42,870 bases of DNA from Chiloscyllium plagiosum. Its lineage: Eukaryota. Shown piece after piece: positions 11,350-22,932 of this stretch. The DNA lies in NCBI RefSeq assembly GCF_004010195.1, contig NC_057750.1:1403153-1446022 (forward strand). The letters are read 5' to 3'. Below the pieces are notes generated by a model that saw only the letters and a program-made list of their open reading frames with translations, was not told the DNA's origin and made no database searches. Position 1 is the first letter of the stretch. Every line of letters begins with the position of its first letter. Made by a program: the position numbers and the translations under genes.

Positions 11350-11472
11350 GGACTGGAATTCAAAACATTAACTGTTTCTCTCTCCACAGACACTGCCAGA
11401 CCTACTGAGTTTCTTCAGCAATTCCTGTTTTTTTTTGATTTCCAACATCCGCGATTCACTGTTTTATTTCAG
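11350..11472 (+). mobile_element. Penelope-like element end fragment
   Basis: AAAACATTAACTGTTTCTCTCTCCACAGACACTGCCAGACCTACTGAGTTTC..GATTTCCAACATCCGC. Confidence 0.55.
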
Positions 11473-11514
11473 TGGCGTGCAGAATTGGACCTGGAAATGT
11501 TTCTTGTTGCTTCC

Positions 11515-13030
11515 ATAGAACATAGAACATTCCAGCACAGTACAGGCTCTTTGGCTCTCGATGTTGTGCCGACCTGTGGAACCAATCTGAAGCCCATCTA
11601 ACCTACACTATTCCATTTTCATCCATGTGCCTATTCAATGACCATTTAAATACCTTTAAGGTTGGCGAGTTTACTACTGTTTCAGGCAGGGCGTTCCATG
11701 CCCCTACTACTCTCTGAGTAAAGAAACCACCTCTGACATCTGTCCTATATCTATCACCCCTCAACTTAAAGCTATGTCCCCTCGTGCTCGCCTTCACCAT
11801 CCAAGGGGAAAGGCTCTCACAGTCCACTGTCCACCCGATCTAACCCTCTGATTATCTTGTACGTCTCAATTAAGTCACCTCTCAACCTTCTTCTCTCGAA
11901 TGAAAACAGCCTCAAGTCCCTCAGCCTTTCCTCATAAGACCTTCCCTCCATAGCAGGCAACATCCTGGTAAATCTCCTCACCTCGTGGCTCCAAAACCCA
12001 ATCCTTCTACCAATAAAAGCTAACACACTGTATGCCTTCTTAACAACCCTATCAACCCTGGGGGGCAACTTTCAGGAATCTAAGCACATGGACACCCTGA
12101 GATCTCTCTGCTCATCCACACTGCCAAGAATCTTACCAATAGCCCAGTACTCTGCATTCCTGATACTCCTTCCAAAGTGAATCACCTCACACTTTTTTGC
12201 AGTAAACTCCACTTGCCACCTCTCAGCCCAGCTCTGCAGCTTATCTAGGTCCCTCTGTAACCTGCAAAATCCTTCGTCACTATCCACAACTCCACCGACC
12301 TTAGTGTCACCCGCAAATTTACTAACCCATCCTTCTAGGCCCTCTTCCAGGTCATTTATCAAAATGATAAACAGCAGTGGACCCAAAACAGACCCATGTG
12401 GTACACCACTAGTAACTGAACTTCAGGATGAACATTTCCCACCAACCACCACCCTCTGTCTTCTTTCAGCTAGCCAATTTCTGATCCAAACCGCTAAATC
12501 ACCCTCAATCCCATGCCTCTGTCTTTTGTGCAATAGCCCACCGTAGGGAACCTTTTCAAACGCCTTACTGAAATCCATATACACCACATTAATCGCTTTA
12601 CCCTCATCCATCTGTTTGGTCACCTTCTCAAAGAACTCAATAATGTTTGTGAGGCATGACCTACCCTTCACAAAACCGTGTTGACTATCGCGAATCAACT
12701 TATTCCTCTCTAGGTGATTGTAAATCCTATCTCCTTTAACCTTTTCCAACACTTTACCAACAACCAAAGTAACACTCACTGGTCTATAATTACTAGGGTT
12801 GTCTCTACTCCCCTTCTCGAACAAGGGAACAACTTGCTATCCGCCAGTCTTATGGCACCACTCTTGTAGACAATGACAACATAAAGATCAAAGCCAAAGG
12901 CTCTACAATCTCCTCCCTGGCTTCCCAGAGAATCATAGGATAAATCCCATCCGGTCCAGGAGACTTTCTATTTTCACACTTCCCAGAATTGCTAACATCA
13001 CCTCCTTGTGAACGTCAATCCCATCCAGTC
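11515..13030 (-). mobile_element. CR1 LINE, same subfamily as 1-2436, 5'-truncated, with an internal deletion
   Basis: NYRPVS, QHGFVKGRSCLTN, YMDFSKAF, GIEGDLAVWIRNWL, KFAGDTK; (TTCTATG)n tail at about 11515; deletion junction SHEV|RRFTRM near 11978. Confidence 0.95.
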
Positions 13031-13139
13031 TCTCGCCTGTATATGTGAGTAATTCAACCCTGAAGAGAGTGATGCTGATGTGAAAGGGAGGGATGGGTGG
13101 GTAGGATTAGAGAGTAACTGCATGTCCAGTACTGGGGGT

Positions 13140-14100
13140 GGGGTCATTGCCAGTGTGAGCAATACTCGCACCTCTGAGTCAGCAGATTTCTCAATCAGGT
13201 CCCACTCCATAGACTACGCTGATAGTTCAATGCAGTACTGAAGGAGTGCTGCACTGCCACAGGTATCAGTCTTTTAGATGAACCATTAAAACTGAAGCTG
13301 CCTCTCCTTTCTCAGGTGAATCTTGAAGGATCAGAGTACACTATTTCAACAAAATGCAGGTGAAGTCACATTGTTTATCAGTTAAATATTTATCCCTCAA
13401 TTTCAAAAACTGGTCTCCCTGCTTTGGGAAGGATGTTGTGAAGCTTGATAGGGTGTAGAAAATATTTACAAGGATGGTGCCAGAGTTGGAGGGTTTGAGC
13501 TGTAGGGAGAGACTGAATAGGCTGGGGCTGTTTTCCATGGAGCGTCGGAGGCTGAGGGGTGACCTTATAGACGTTTATAAAATCATGAGAGGCATGGATA
13601 GGGAAAATAGACATGATATATTTCCTGGGGGAGTCCAGAATTAGAGGGCATAGGTTTAAAGTGAGAGGGGAAAGATATTAAAGGAACCTAAGAGCAACTT
13701 TTTCACGCAGAGGGTGGCATTTGTATGGAATGAGCTGCCAGAGAAAGTGGTGGAGGCTGGTACAATTGCAATATTTAAAAGGCATCTGGATGGGTATATG
13801 AATAGGAAGGGTTTAGAGGGATATGGGCCAAATGCCGACAAATGAGACTAGATTAATTTAAGATATCTGGTCAGCATATATGAGTTGGACCGAATGATCT
13901 GTTTCTGCGCCTACAGCTCTATAATTCCATAAACCAGATGATCTGCTCACCGCCTGGTTGTTTCTAATAGGACATTGCTGTTTGCAAGTTGGCTGCAGCA
14001 TTTCTGACAGAACAATCGCTGCTTTACAGAAACACTTCATTGGCTGCAAAACATTTTCAAGACTTTTGAAAGGCGCTACAGAAATGCACATTTTGCTTTG
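13140..14100 (+). mobile_element. Deu-domain SINE (SacSINE1/AmnSINE1-related), split by a CR1 insertion
   Basis: CAGTACTGAAGGAGTGCTGCACTG..TCTTTTAGATGA..CTCAGGTG..AATATTTATCCCTCAA, resuming after 13925 with AAACCAGAT..TTGGCTGC..ACTTCATTGGCTG..GAAAGGCGCTA. Family name from recalled consensus. Confidence 0.7.
13410..13925 (+). mobile_element. CR1 LINE 3' fragment inserted in the Deu-SINE
   Basis: WSP..KDVVKL..RLNRLGLFS..RLRGDLI..WNELPEKVVEAG plus 3' UTR. Confidence 0.9.
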
Positions 14101-14768
14101 CTGCATCTCCTCTACAACAGCTTAAAATTCATCAAAATGTTAATTTTCGAGGCATGTGAGAGACTTGCTGGTTGAATTCTGATGAGCTGGAGCTTATTTT
14201 GGTAATCACATTAAATCAATGTGTTAAAGCATTAAGGTATGAAGCTTTGTGATTTCAGATACTTCAACACCATGCGGCCCGAGAAAAGAAATCTGCCAAT
14301 TAACGCTGAAACATGCCAGATGTCTCATGTCTTGTTTAATTTTCTTAAATATATGATTGACTCTCTGTAACTGTTTCAGCCCCTCCACTGTGCCTGTTAC
14401 AATTCACACTTTGTACATCATTCAAGGTAATGAATCCTTTATCATCTGGAAGGTGAAAGAAATATTTGTCTTAATGATCATGAAACATTTTATTAGAATT
14501 TACTGATAGTTTACCTTAACATGGTGAAACATTCCAGTACACTCATGGAATGAGCAATGCTTTAGACTGTTGTGTGAATATTGTGAAGGAAGTCTCACAT
14601 AGTCTAGGAACAGACTACACCATCTGATCTGGATCCATTTAACAGTTTCATCAGTGTCTGCCATCCTTAGATAGTCAGAGATAGTTTTAATCAACCTGTT
14701 TAGTCATGTCATGACACACCTCTGAAGCAGGTGGGACTTGAACCCAGACATTCGAGCTCACAGGTAGG

Positions 14769-15083
14769 GGGCGGCACGGTGGCTCAGTGGCTAGCACTGC
14801 TGCCTCACAGCGCCAAGGACCCACGTTCGATCCCACCCTCGGGCAGCTGTCTGTGTGGAGTTCGCACATTGTCTACGTGGGTTTCCTCCCACAGTCTAAA
14901 GATGTGCAGGCTAGGGTGGGTTGGTCATGGAAAATTGCCCTTGGTGTTCAGAGATGTGTAGGTTAGGTGCATTGGTCAGGGGTGAATGTAGAATAATAGG
15001 GAATGGGTTTGGGTAGGATACTATTCGGAGGGTTGGTGTGGACCTGTTGGGCCGAAGGGCCTGTTTCCACACTGTAGCAATTC
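14769..15083 (+). mobile_element. HE1-type V-SINE inserted into a short minus-strand tRNA-like SINE (14690-15115)
   Basis: Starts GGGCGGCACGGTGGCTCAGTGG. The flank GTGGGACTTGAACCC is a reverse B-box resembling 42590-42670. Confidence 0.88.
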
Positions 15084-15159
15084 GACATAAAGCTACCACA
15101 AAGCCCTCCTGGGTTAGTCCTACGACACTGCAATTGCTGAATAATTCAAATAAACAATA

Positions 15160-15336
15160 ATTTTTATTTATTTATTTCATTATAGTCATGTGTACCTAAT
15201 TACAGTGAAACGTTTTGTATTGTGAGCAATACAGACAGATCATAGCAAACAAGGACATACAGATCACAGGGTGCTGAGACAGAGCGAGGAATACAGGGTT
15301 ACAGCTGCACAGGAGGGGCACACAGCAAGATCAAGG
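15160..15336 (-). mobile_element. LINE 3' end (Rex1/Babar- or L2-like); target of the LTR element, continues at 20958-20978
   Basis: Minus strand reads ..TTTCACTGTAATTAGGTACACATGACTATAATGAAATAAATAA, resembling a recalled Rex1-type tail. Confidence 0.4.
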
Positions 15337-16029
15337 TATTAAAACATGGGGTAAACTCTCCTGTTTAATTTAAAACCAGCAACACAGTAATCTGTAAAAC
15401 TTTGAGTGGCCAAGAACTATGTAAAGTAAAAATTAACAACTTTATTTCTTAAAGTATAACAGAGAATAATTAACTCACAACTATGTACAAGTCCTTACTC
15501 TAACCTATCTTTTACCTTCCCTTCTATAATACTAGCCCAATAAAACTCCCAATTAAGATTTACAAAGCAACATTTCTTATTTCAAAACCAGGCAGCTTTT
15601 GGTTCTTCTGTTTGGATCTTCCTGTGTCTTCTTTTCTTCTTCATAGGGATTTCTGTGTCACAGGTTACTGATCAAAAAGGTACCTTTTAAGAGAGCTATT
15701 TTTCAAGCAGTCTGTTTACATGCTGGGCTTGGCAGTTCTCCTCTCAATTGTTCGATTTTCCCCACTCTTATACCCCCAAAGTATCAGATTGTGTCATTGG
15801 CTTTTCAGATTGTCAATATACTAAATTTAAACTGGATTGGAGTTTGGTATTTTTCAGGGTATAATTTAAACTGATTGACCAAATTCAAATTTGTTTTTGT
15901 CTCCAGGTAACAAGCTAGTCGAGTTGTTCGACCAAATGTTGCATTGTTACCTTATTGAGAACACTTGGTGCTGTGTCCGGTAGTTCTGCTGCTTTTAACT
16001 CTCTTAAAATACACCACATCTTCATAACA
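15337..16029 (-). repeat. 3' LTR
   Basis: Direct repeat of 20255-20953; ends CATAACA on +; adjacent CTTCCCCCCCT (16030-16040) is the minus-strand PPT. Confidence 0.93.
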
Positions 16030-16199
16030 CTTCCCCCCCTTAAGAAAAAAATGAATCATCATAATGAAAAGATGACTTCTTTCTTTCTCTACGTTTTAAA
16101 CACATTATTCTAACATACTGATAACTTAAACATAAGTTCACCCTAACATCTTCCCATAATGTAAATAACATTAACTAAAGACAAATCTCATCTAAACCC

Positions 16200-17530
16200 T
16201 ATCAGTTAAATTCGCGATAACGCATCTGAGATTACATTCTTCCGACCTGCAACATATACAATTTTTAAATTAAAACCTGTAATATAAGACTCCAATGAAA
16301 TAATCTCATATTCTTATCTTTAAAACATTATAAGAATGTAAGCAGATTGTGATCCGTGTGCACAACCTTCTCCAACACATTGTTCATGACATACACATTA
16401 AAATGTTGTGAGGCCAGTACCAAACCCAATGGTTCCTTTTCGATTGTGGAGTATTTCCTCTGGTGGATGTTGAGCTTCTTCGAAAGTAACCAACTGGCAG
16501 TTCAATCCCATCCTCATCGTCCTGTAGGAGTACAGCTCCAACTCACTGGCATCATTGGCGACTTTAAAAGGGTTTGAAAAGTTTGGTGTAGCTAAAGCTG
16601 GTTTGGTGGTTAATATCGATTTCAAATGATCGAAAGCCTCCTGGCGTTGTCCTGTCCACCGAAACTTTGTGTTCTTCTTCAGCAAATCAGTTCACGATGC
16701 TACTACACTGCTGAAGGTTTGAACAAATGTCCAATAGAATCCACTGAGTCCTCAGAATAGAAGCACCTCTTTCTTTGAGGTTGTTCGTGGAAATTCCTCG
16801 ATGGCCTTTGTCTTTGCGTTCCGAGAGGTCAACCTTCCATGGCAGATGTTATGTCCAAAGAACGTCACCTCTGCTTTCATGAATTCCATTTTATTTAAGT
16901 TTATCACCAGTTTTGCGTCTTGTAGTCATTCAAAGAGCTCTGCCAACTGTACCATGTGATCTTTCCAGGACTTACTAAAGATCACTACATCATCCAAACA
17001 GACTGCCCAGTTTGTTAACCCAGCCACAACTCTGTTCATGAGGCTTTGGAATGTGCTGGGTGCATTCTTCATTCCAAAGGGCATCACTTTAATCTGATAC
17101 AGCCCATTTGGGATTACAAACACAGAAATTTATTTCGCAGTCTCTGATAAAGGTACCTGCCAGTAACCATGTATTAAGTCCAACTTGGTGATGTAATTGG
17201 CTTGTCTGACTTTCTCGATATAGTCCTCCAATCTAGGAATTGGATAGGAGTCCAATTTTGTAATGGTGTCGACCTTATGATAATCCACGCAGAATCGTTG
17301 AGTCCCATCCGGTTTGGGAACTAAGACGATCACCGAACTCCACTCGCTCTGGCTTGTTTCGATAATGTCCTTATCGAGCATAGCCTCCACCTCTATCTGG
17401 ACCTGTCTGGCTTTGAGAGGATTAGGTCGATAGGGGTGTTGGTTTATCAGAGCAGTATTCCCTACGTCTACTTCATGGACAATAGCATTCATCCTTCCCA
17501 TCTGATTCTTACATATGTCCTTGCACTGCA
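16200..17530 (-). pseudogene. retrotransposon RT and RNase H (disrupted)
   Basis: QHPYR, LVPKPDGTQRFCVDY, KLDLIHGYWQVPL, MPFGMKNAPSTFQ, VCLDDVV, FRWT..QEAF..LK, PFKVANDAS. Confidence 0.92.
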
Positions 17531-17699
17531 GTAACAAATCTTTCAACTGCATTCTGTGTCCCTGAGACAGATTGCTTACTAACCTATCCCACTCCTCAAG
17601 GACTTCTTCATTTTTTAATCTATTTTGAGGCACCTCAAACTGCACATCATCTGGATTTGATTCCTCACTCTGTGGGGCAGTAACTAACACCTATTTCTC

Positions 17700-18760
17700 T
17701 GTCCATTCTCTCTAGTGTAATACGGTTTCAACATGTTCACATTACATTCCCAATATCTTTGTTTTCTATCTGGCATCTTTACCAGATAGTTTACCTGACT
17801 CAACTTTTTCTCAATTTGATAGGGACCACTAAACTTGGCTTTGAAGGGATCGCCTATCACTGGTAACAGGACTAACACATCATCCTCTCGGGAAAATGTC
17901 CAAGTCTCAGACCTTTTATCTGGCACCTGCTTCATTCTACACTGTGCTCTCTTTAGGTGCTGTTTAGCTAACTCACCTACCTGATTTGTACTGTCCCTCA
18001 CCTCCGACGTATAATTTCAGTGTGAGATCTCCAACTTTGGTCCTGTCAATTTTTCTTTAATTAATTTCAAAGGGCCTTTCACTTCCTGCCCGAATATTAA
18101 CTCAAAGGGAGTAAACTGAGTAGAATCATTTGGGGCATCTCTAATGGCAAGCAATATGAATGGGATATTTTATCCCATCATTCGGGTAATCCTGACAGTA
18201 TGCTGGCAACATGGTCTTCAAGGTCTGATACCACCTTTCTAAAGGTCCCTGGGATTCAGGATGATACACACTGGATTTAAAGTGCTGTATATCTAAGAAA
18301 TCCATAACCTCCTTAAACAGCCTAGCAGTAACATTTGACCTTTGGTCAGACTAATCTCTCTGGGTAGCCGATACTGTGTAAAGAAAGCTACTAACTCCTC
18401 TACCACCCTTTTTGCCTTGATACTCCGTAATGGAATTGTCTCCGGAAATCTGGGAGACCCATCCGTTATGGTTAACAAATACTGGTTCCCATTTTTAGAT
18501 CTCAGGAGGGGGCCCACACAATCAATTATAACCCGTGTGAAAAGTTCTTCAAATGCAGGAATTAGCAACAAAGGTACTGGTTTTATTACCGCCTGTGGCT
18601 TACCCACCATTTGGCATTTAAGACACGTACGGCAAAAGTTAACCACATCCTTGTGCAGTCCAGGCCAATAAAAATATTTTGGTACTTTTGCCTGAGTCTT
18701 TCATACCCCTCAGTGACCTCCTACAGGGAGTTCATGTGCTACCCCTAACACTTCCTGTCT
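17700..18760 (-). pseudogene. retrotransposon integrase (disrupted), upstream of RT
   Basis: VNFCRTCLKCQ (zinc-binding), IIDCVGPL..GNQYLLTI..RFPETIPL (rve core), KFSGPYQI (GPY/F module). Confidence 0.92.
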
Positions 18761-19086
18761 GTATGCTCCTGGCAACACAATCTGATGCATTTCGGCCCAT
18801 TTCTCCTCTGCACCAACCTGCCGTGGTCTCCATTTCAGTCTTAGGATTTTATCTTTCAGTTAATAACCCTCCAGAATATTCTTTGCTTCCTTTTTGGAGT
18901 GCGCATCCACACTTTTTTTATCATCTTGTCTTGCTCTTGAAATCTCTTAGCCTTTCAGGAGAAAACACTTCTGACTGACCCTCTGCGTGTTCAGGTTTTT
19001 CCTGCACCATTACATCAAACAGGGTATCTGCTAAGTGAACCTCAACTCCTTCATCTTTCTCTTTACTTTTCGCTTTGTGCTGTGAC

Positions 19087-20070
19087 TCATAAGCACTTAA
19101 AATAGCCTGTTTGACCTCTTCATAATCTCGATACCTCATCTGACAGCGTGGCAAATACCTCTGCCTACCAGTTTAGTCTGGCCTAGCATTACGCATAAAT
19201 TCTCAGACCACTCTATCTGCCGAGCCAATTTTTCAAATGAATAAAGGAAGGCTTCAGTACCTTTCTCATCAAAATGTGGCAGAGTTTTCACATATTTATA
19301 TGTATATATCACTACCATCTCTTTCAATCTCCATCCTGTTAACTTGACTTTGCTTTTGTAGTCGCAACTTCTCAAGTTCAAATTCTCTCTGCTTTTGTCT
19401 CTCCCTTTCTTCTCTCTCTCTTTGCTCAGCTAAGAACCTTATTCCTCTCTCTCTTTCCCCCCTCTCTCTCTCTTCTGTCTCTCTTTCTCTTTCTTCTCCC
19501 TCTCTTTCCCTTTCTCTCACCCTCTCTCTCTCTTCTCTTTGTTTATCTTTGAACTCCATTTTCCTCAGTTGTAATTTAAGTGTTTCTACCACGACCGCAT
19601 TGTCTGTTTCACTGATATACCTAAGTGTATGAGTAACCCCTTTACAATTGCAGCTTTACTTTTGTCCTTGGTTAAATCCAAACCTAACTTCTTTGCTAAT
19701 TCTAATAGGTTAGATTAGATTCCCTACAGTGTGGAAACAGGCCCTTCAGCCCAACAAGTCCACACGACCCTCTGAAGAGTAACCCACCCAGACCCATTTC
19801 CCTCTGACTAATGCATCTAACACTACGGGCAATTTAGCATGGCCAATTTACCTAACCTGCACATCTTTGGACTGTGGGAGGAAACCAGAGGAAACCCACG
19901 CAGACACGGAGAGAATGTGCAAACTCCAGGCTGGAATCGAACATGGGACTCTGGTGCTGTAAGGCAGCAGTGCTAACCACTGGGCCATCTTTTTCTTTCC
20001 TTCTAAACTTTCTTGGCAAATTTGAGAATCACCTTCAAATCCCACAACCTCTAGCAATTTTATGAGCCAT
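19087..20070 (-). pseudogene. retrotransposon gag remnant with GA-rich (ERERE) coiled-coil, interrupted by a SINE
   Basis: REFELEKLRL..LPHFDEKGTEAFLYSFEKLARQIEW..DYEEVKQAILSAYE. Confidence 0.8.
19710..19988 (-). mobile_element. HE1-type V-SINE inside gag
   Basis: Reverse-complement V-domain and TTAGATTAGATT tail. Confidence 0.9.
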
Positions 20071-20232
20071 TTTTCTCACTTTTAATTTAATCAACCACAA
20101 GTCACCGAAATTAAACAAATTGTCTCACCTACATTGTTTTTAAAGATCGAAGACACTAACCTGCAAGAGTTTAAATCTGCTGGGACTTTTTATACCCCTA
20201 AATCTATTCAAATTTGTCTAAACAAGTTCACA

Positions 20233-20252
20233 TTACAGACCTGAGCCCCCAA
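20233..20252 (-). promoter_or_regulatory. primer-binding site, tRNA-Pro-like (degenerate)
   Basis: Minus strand reads TGGGGGCTCAGGTCTGTAAT just after the 5' LTR, versus the tRNA-Pro PBS TGGGGGCTCGTCCGGGAT. Confidence 0.7.
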
Positions 20253-20254
20253 AC

Positions 20255-20953
20255 TGTTATGACATGGGGTAAACCCTCCTGCTTAATTTAAAACCAGCAA
20301 CACAGAAGAGATTTATCCCGTGCAGTAATCTGTAAAAAATTGAATGGCCAAGAATTATGTAAAGATTAATAACTTTATTTCTTAAAGTATAACAGAGAAT
20401 AATTAATGAACGACTATGTACAAGTCCTTACTCTAACCTATCTTTTACCCTCCCTTCTATAATACTAGTCCAATAAAACTCCCAATTAAGATTTACAAAA
20501 CAACACTTTTTATTTCAAAATCAGGCAGCTTTCAGTTCTTCTGTTTGGATCTTCCTGTGTCTTCTTTTCTTCATATTGATTCCTATGTCACAGGTTATTG
20601 ATCAAAAAGGTACATTTTAAGAGAGCTATTTTTCAAGCAGTCTGTTTACATGCTGGGCTTGGCAGTTCTCCTCTCAACTGTACAATCTTCCACAGTCTCA
20701 TACTCCCCAAAGGATCAGATTGTGCCATTGGCTTTTCAGATTGTCAATATACTAAATTCAAACTGGATTGAAGTTTGGTATTTTTCAGGGTATAATTTAA
20801 ACTGATTGACCAAATTCAAATTTGTTTTTGTCTCCAGGTAACAAGCTAATCGAGTTGTTCGACCAAATGTTACCTTATTGAGAACACTTGGTGCTGTGTC
20901 CGGTAGTTCTGCTGCTTTTAACTCTCTTAAAGTACACCCACATCTTCATAACA
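20255..20953 (-). repeat. 5' LTR
   Basis: TGTTATGAC...CATAACA termini; direct repeat of 15337-16029. Confidence 0.93.
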
Positions 20954-20997
20954 AAGGTTATTTGAAGTTAGAGAGATGTTCTGAGAGACAAGTGAAG

Positions 20998-21135
20998 CTT
21001 TCTGAAGAAGGGTCACCGGTCTGAAAATATTAATTCTGCTTTCTCTTTCCACAGATGCTGCCAGCCTCACTGAATTTCTCCAGCAATTTTTGTTTTTGTT
21101 TCAGATCTCCAACATCTGCAGTTCTTTGTTTAATT
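20998..21135 (+). mobile_element. Penelope-like element end with degenerate hammerhead motif
   Basis: CTGAAGAAGGGTCACCGGTCTGAAAATATTA..CCACAGATGCTGCC..CAACATCTGCAG. Confidence 0.6.
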
Positions 21136-21228
21136 TAGGTGATGCTTTGTTCTGAATTTTAAGGTTCATTTCCATCAAAAATCATTTAAACTGGAATCAA
21201 GACAAAACCCTTGCTGCTAATTGCAGTT

Positions 21229-21332
21229 ATAGTTAGCTCTGCTATAATGTAATGGTTGTGTTCTTGTGCATTATAGAAAAATCACACTTTAGGAACAGCG
21301 CCTAAAGTGTGGGTGAGGTAATTGTGTTACAT
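21229..21332 (+). mobile_element. possible pogo/Tigger-type MITE end (degenerate)
   Basis: TAGTTAGCTCTGCTATAATG..TTATAGAAAAATCACACTTTAG resembles a recalled TIR; no partner TIR found. Confidence 0.3.
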
Positions 21333-21861
21333 GAGACATGTTGGAATCAGGTTGATTAAAGGCCCTCTTCCCAGCACGGTGCTGTGGACTCTGTAACTCA
21401 TTGGCGATGGGCTGTTGCAAGCCCTTCTTCGTTATTTAAAAAATCTTTCACTGTTGTTGTGGTTCAACGTCAGACCCACGCCCCATATCTTTGAGGATTT
21501 GGAACAGAGGGGTGTGGACTTGTCCTGCGGCTGTGTAACATTGCACTTAGAAGTGATATCTTCAAACCAGACCATTCAGGATTAATAGTTAAAAGTTAAT
21601 TGGAGATGACAATGAGCCATTGAAATAAAGTGGAGAAGTACATGAGAATAGGCCTGGTGTAAGGAAACCAGCCTGTTTTGGCTGGGAACTACATAACCTC
21701 AACTGTCCCTGGGAACCATTCGTTAAAGGGAGTTAACACAGAGCCACCTGGAGATGTTTTCAACTTATGTTTTGCACAATGGAATTCTGGACAAGTACTG
21801 AAAGTGTTAGGAAACAGAGATTCACCATGTAAAGTTAGATTCAAAATAGTATTAATGAGAA

Positions 21862-22400
21862 CAAAAGAACATAGGGACTCGGACCAGGAGTAGGCCATCT
21901 GGCCCCTTGTGCCTGCTCCCCCATTTCATACGATCATGGCTGATCTTTTCATGCCCTCAGCTCCACTTACCTGCTTGCTCAGTATAATCCTTAACTCTTC
22001 TGCTGGTCAAACATCTCTCGATCTTTGCCTTAAAACCATTCAGTAAGGTCACCTCAGCTGTTTCACTGGGCAGGGAGCTCCACAGACCCAAAACCCTCTG
22101 GGTGAAGAGGTTCTTCCTCAACTCCATTTGGGGCGGCACGGTGGCACAGTGGTTAGCACTGCTGCCTCACAGCACCAGAGACCCCCTGAGTTTGAGTTTC
22201 ACCCGCAGTGGAAACAGCCTCCCTGCTTCTCTCTTATCTATTCCCTTCATCATTTTACACGTTTCTGTAATATCCCCCTCACTCTTCTAAATTCCAAGAG
22301 TAAAATCCCAGTCTACTCAGTCTCTCCTCATAAACCAACTGCCTCAACTCCGGAATTGACCCAGTGAGCCTCCGCTACACCCCCTCCAGTGCTTTAACAT
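21862..22400 (-). mobile_element. CR1 LINE 3' fragment containing a HE1 head (22131-22187, +)
   Basis: MELRKNLFTQRVLGLWSSLP..FKAKIERCL on the minus strand; the GGGCGGCACGG.. head lacks the SINE body and tail. Confidence 0.8.
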
Positions 22401-22703
22401 CAGAGACTTTGCTCCATTCATGGGATTTCTCACCATCAGGCTGGGGTTGGCAAGACCAGTGCCAGGAATCAGAGAGAGCTCCGACTGCTGCTATCACCAA
22501 AGTATCCAACGGATAGACAGCAGTGTGGACTCACCTGTTTAATAATAGTGTATTAACATCGTAGCTATGTCTCAACTATAGATATTAAGTAGATTCAGCT
22601 AATCAAATTACTTCATATTAATGTGCATGTGTCTTCTTGTATTAATGTTGATTGGACCTTAAAGAACCTGAAAATTAAAAGGGTTCAGAAAAGATTTACA
22701 AGG

Positions 22704-22932
22704 TTCTGGATGTAGGTTTGCTCACTGAGCTGGAAAGTTCATTTCCAGACGTTTCATCATCCTGCTAGGTAACATCTTCAGTGGACTTCAGGTGAAGCAG
22801 TGTACATGATTCCTGCTTTCTATTTATATGTTTGGGCTTCTTTGGGTTGGTGATGTTATTTCCTGTGGCGATGTCATTTCCTGTTCTTTTTCTCAGGGGC
22901 GTGGTAGATGGGGTCTAACTCAAAACTCGCTA
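22704..22932 (-). mobile_element. 5'-truncated Penelope/Poseidon-type element with 10-bp TSD
   Basis: ATTTACAAGG at 22694-22703 and 22933-22942. Minus strand reads ELDPIYH/PLRKRTGN, like the end of a PLE ORF, followed by a hammerhead motif. Confidence 0.82.
22744..22785 (-). ncRNA. minimal type-I hammerhead ribozyme motif
   Basis: UCCA-CUGAAGA-U-GUUACCU-AGC-AGGAUGAU-GAAA-CG-UC-UGGA. Core boxes intact, 4-bp stem I, imperfect stem II, palindromic ACGU in place of stem III. Confidence 0.75.

Larger units (their letters stand above)
15337..20953 (-). mobile_element. Ty3/gypsy LTR retrotransposon, Gmr1-like (gag-INT-RT-RH), decayed provirus
   Basis: Two LTRs, TSD AAGG (15333-15336 and 20954-20957), PBS and PPT; domains listed separately; many stops and frameshifts. 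Confidence 0.93.

Noticed and set aside
19296..19592. ERERE-rich host coiled-coil protein
   Set aside because: A GA-rich tract inside retrotransposon gag.
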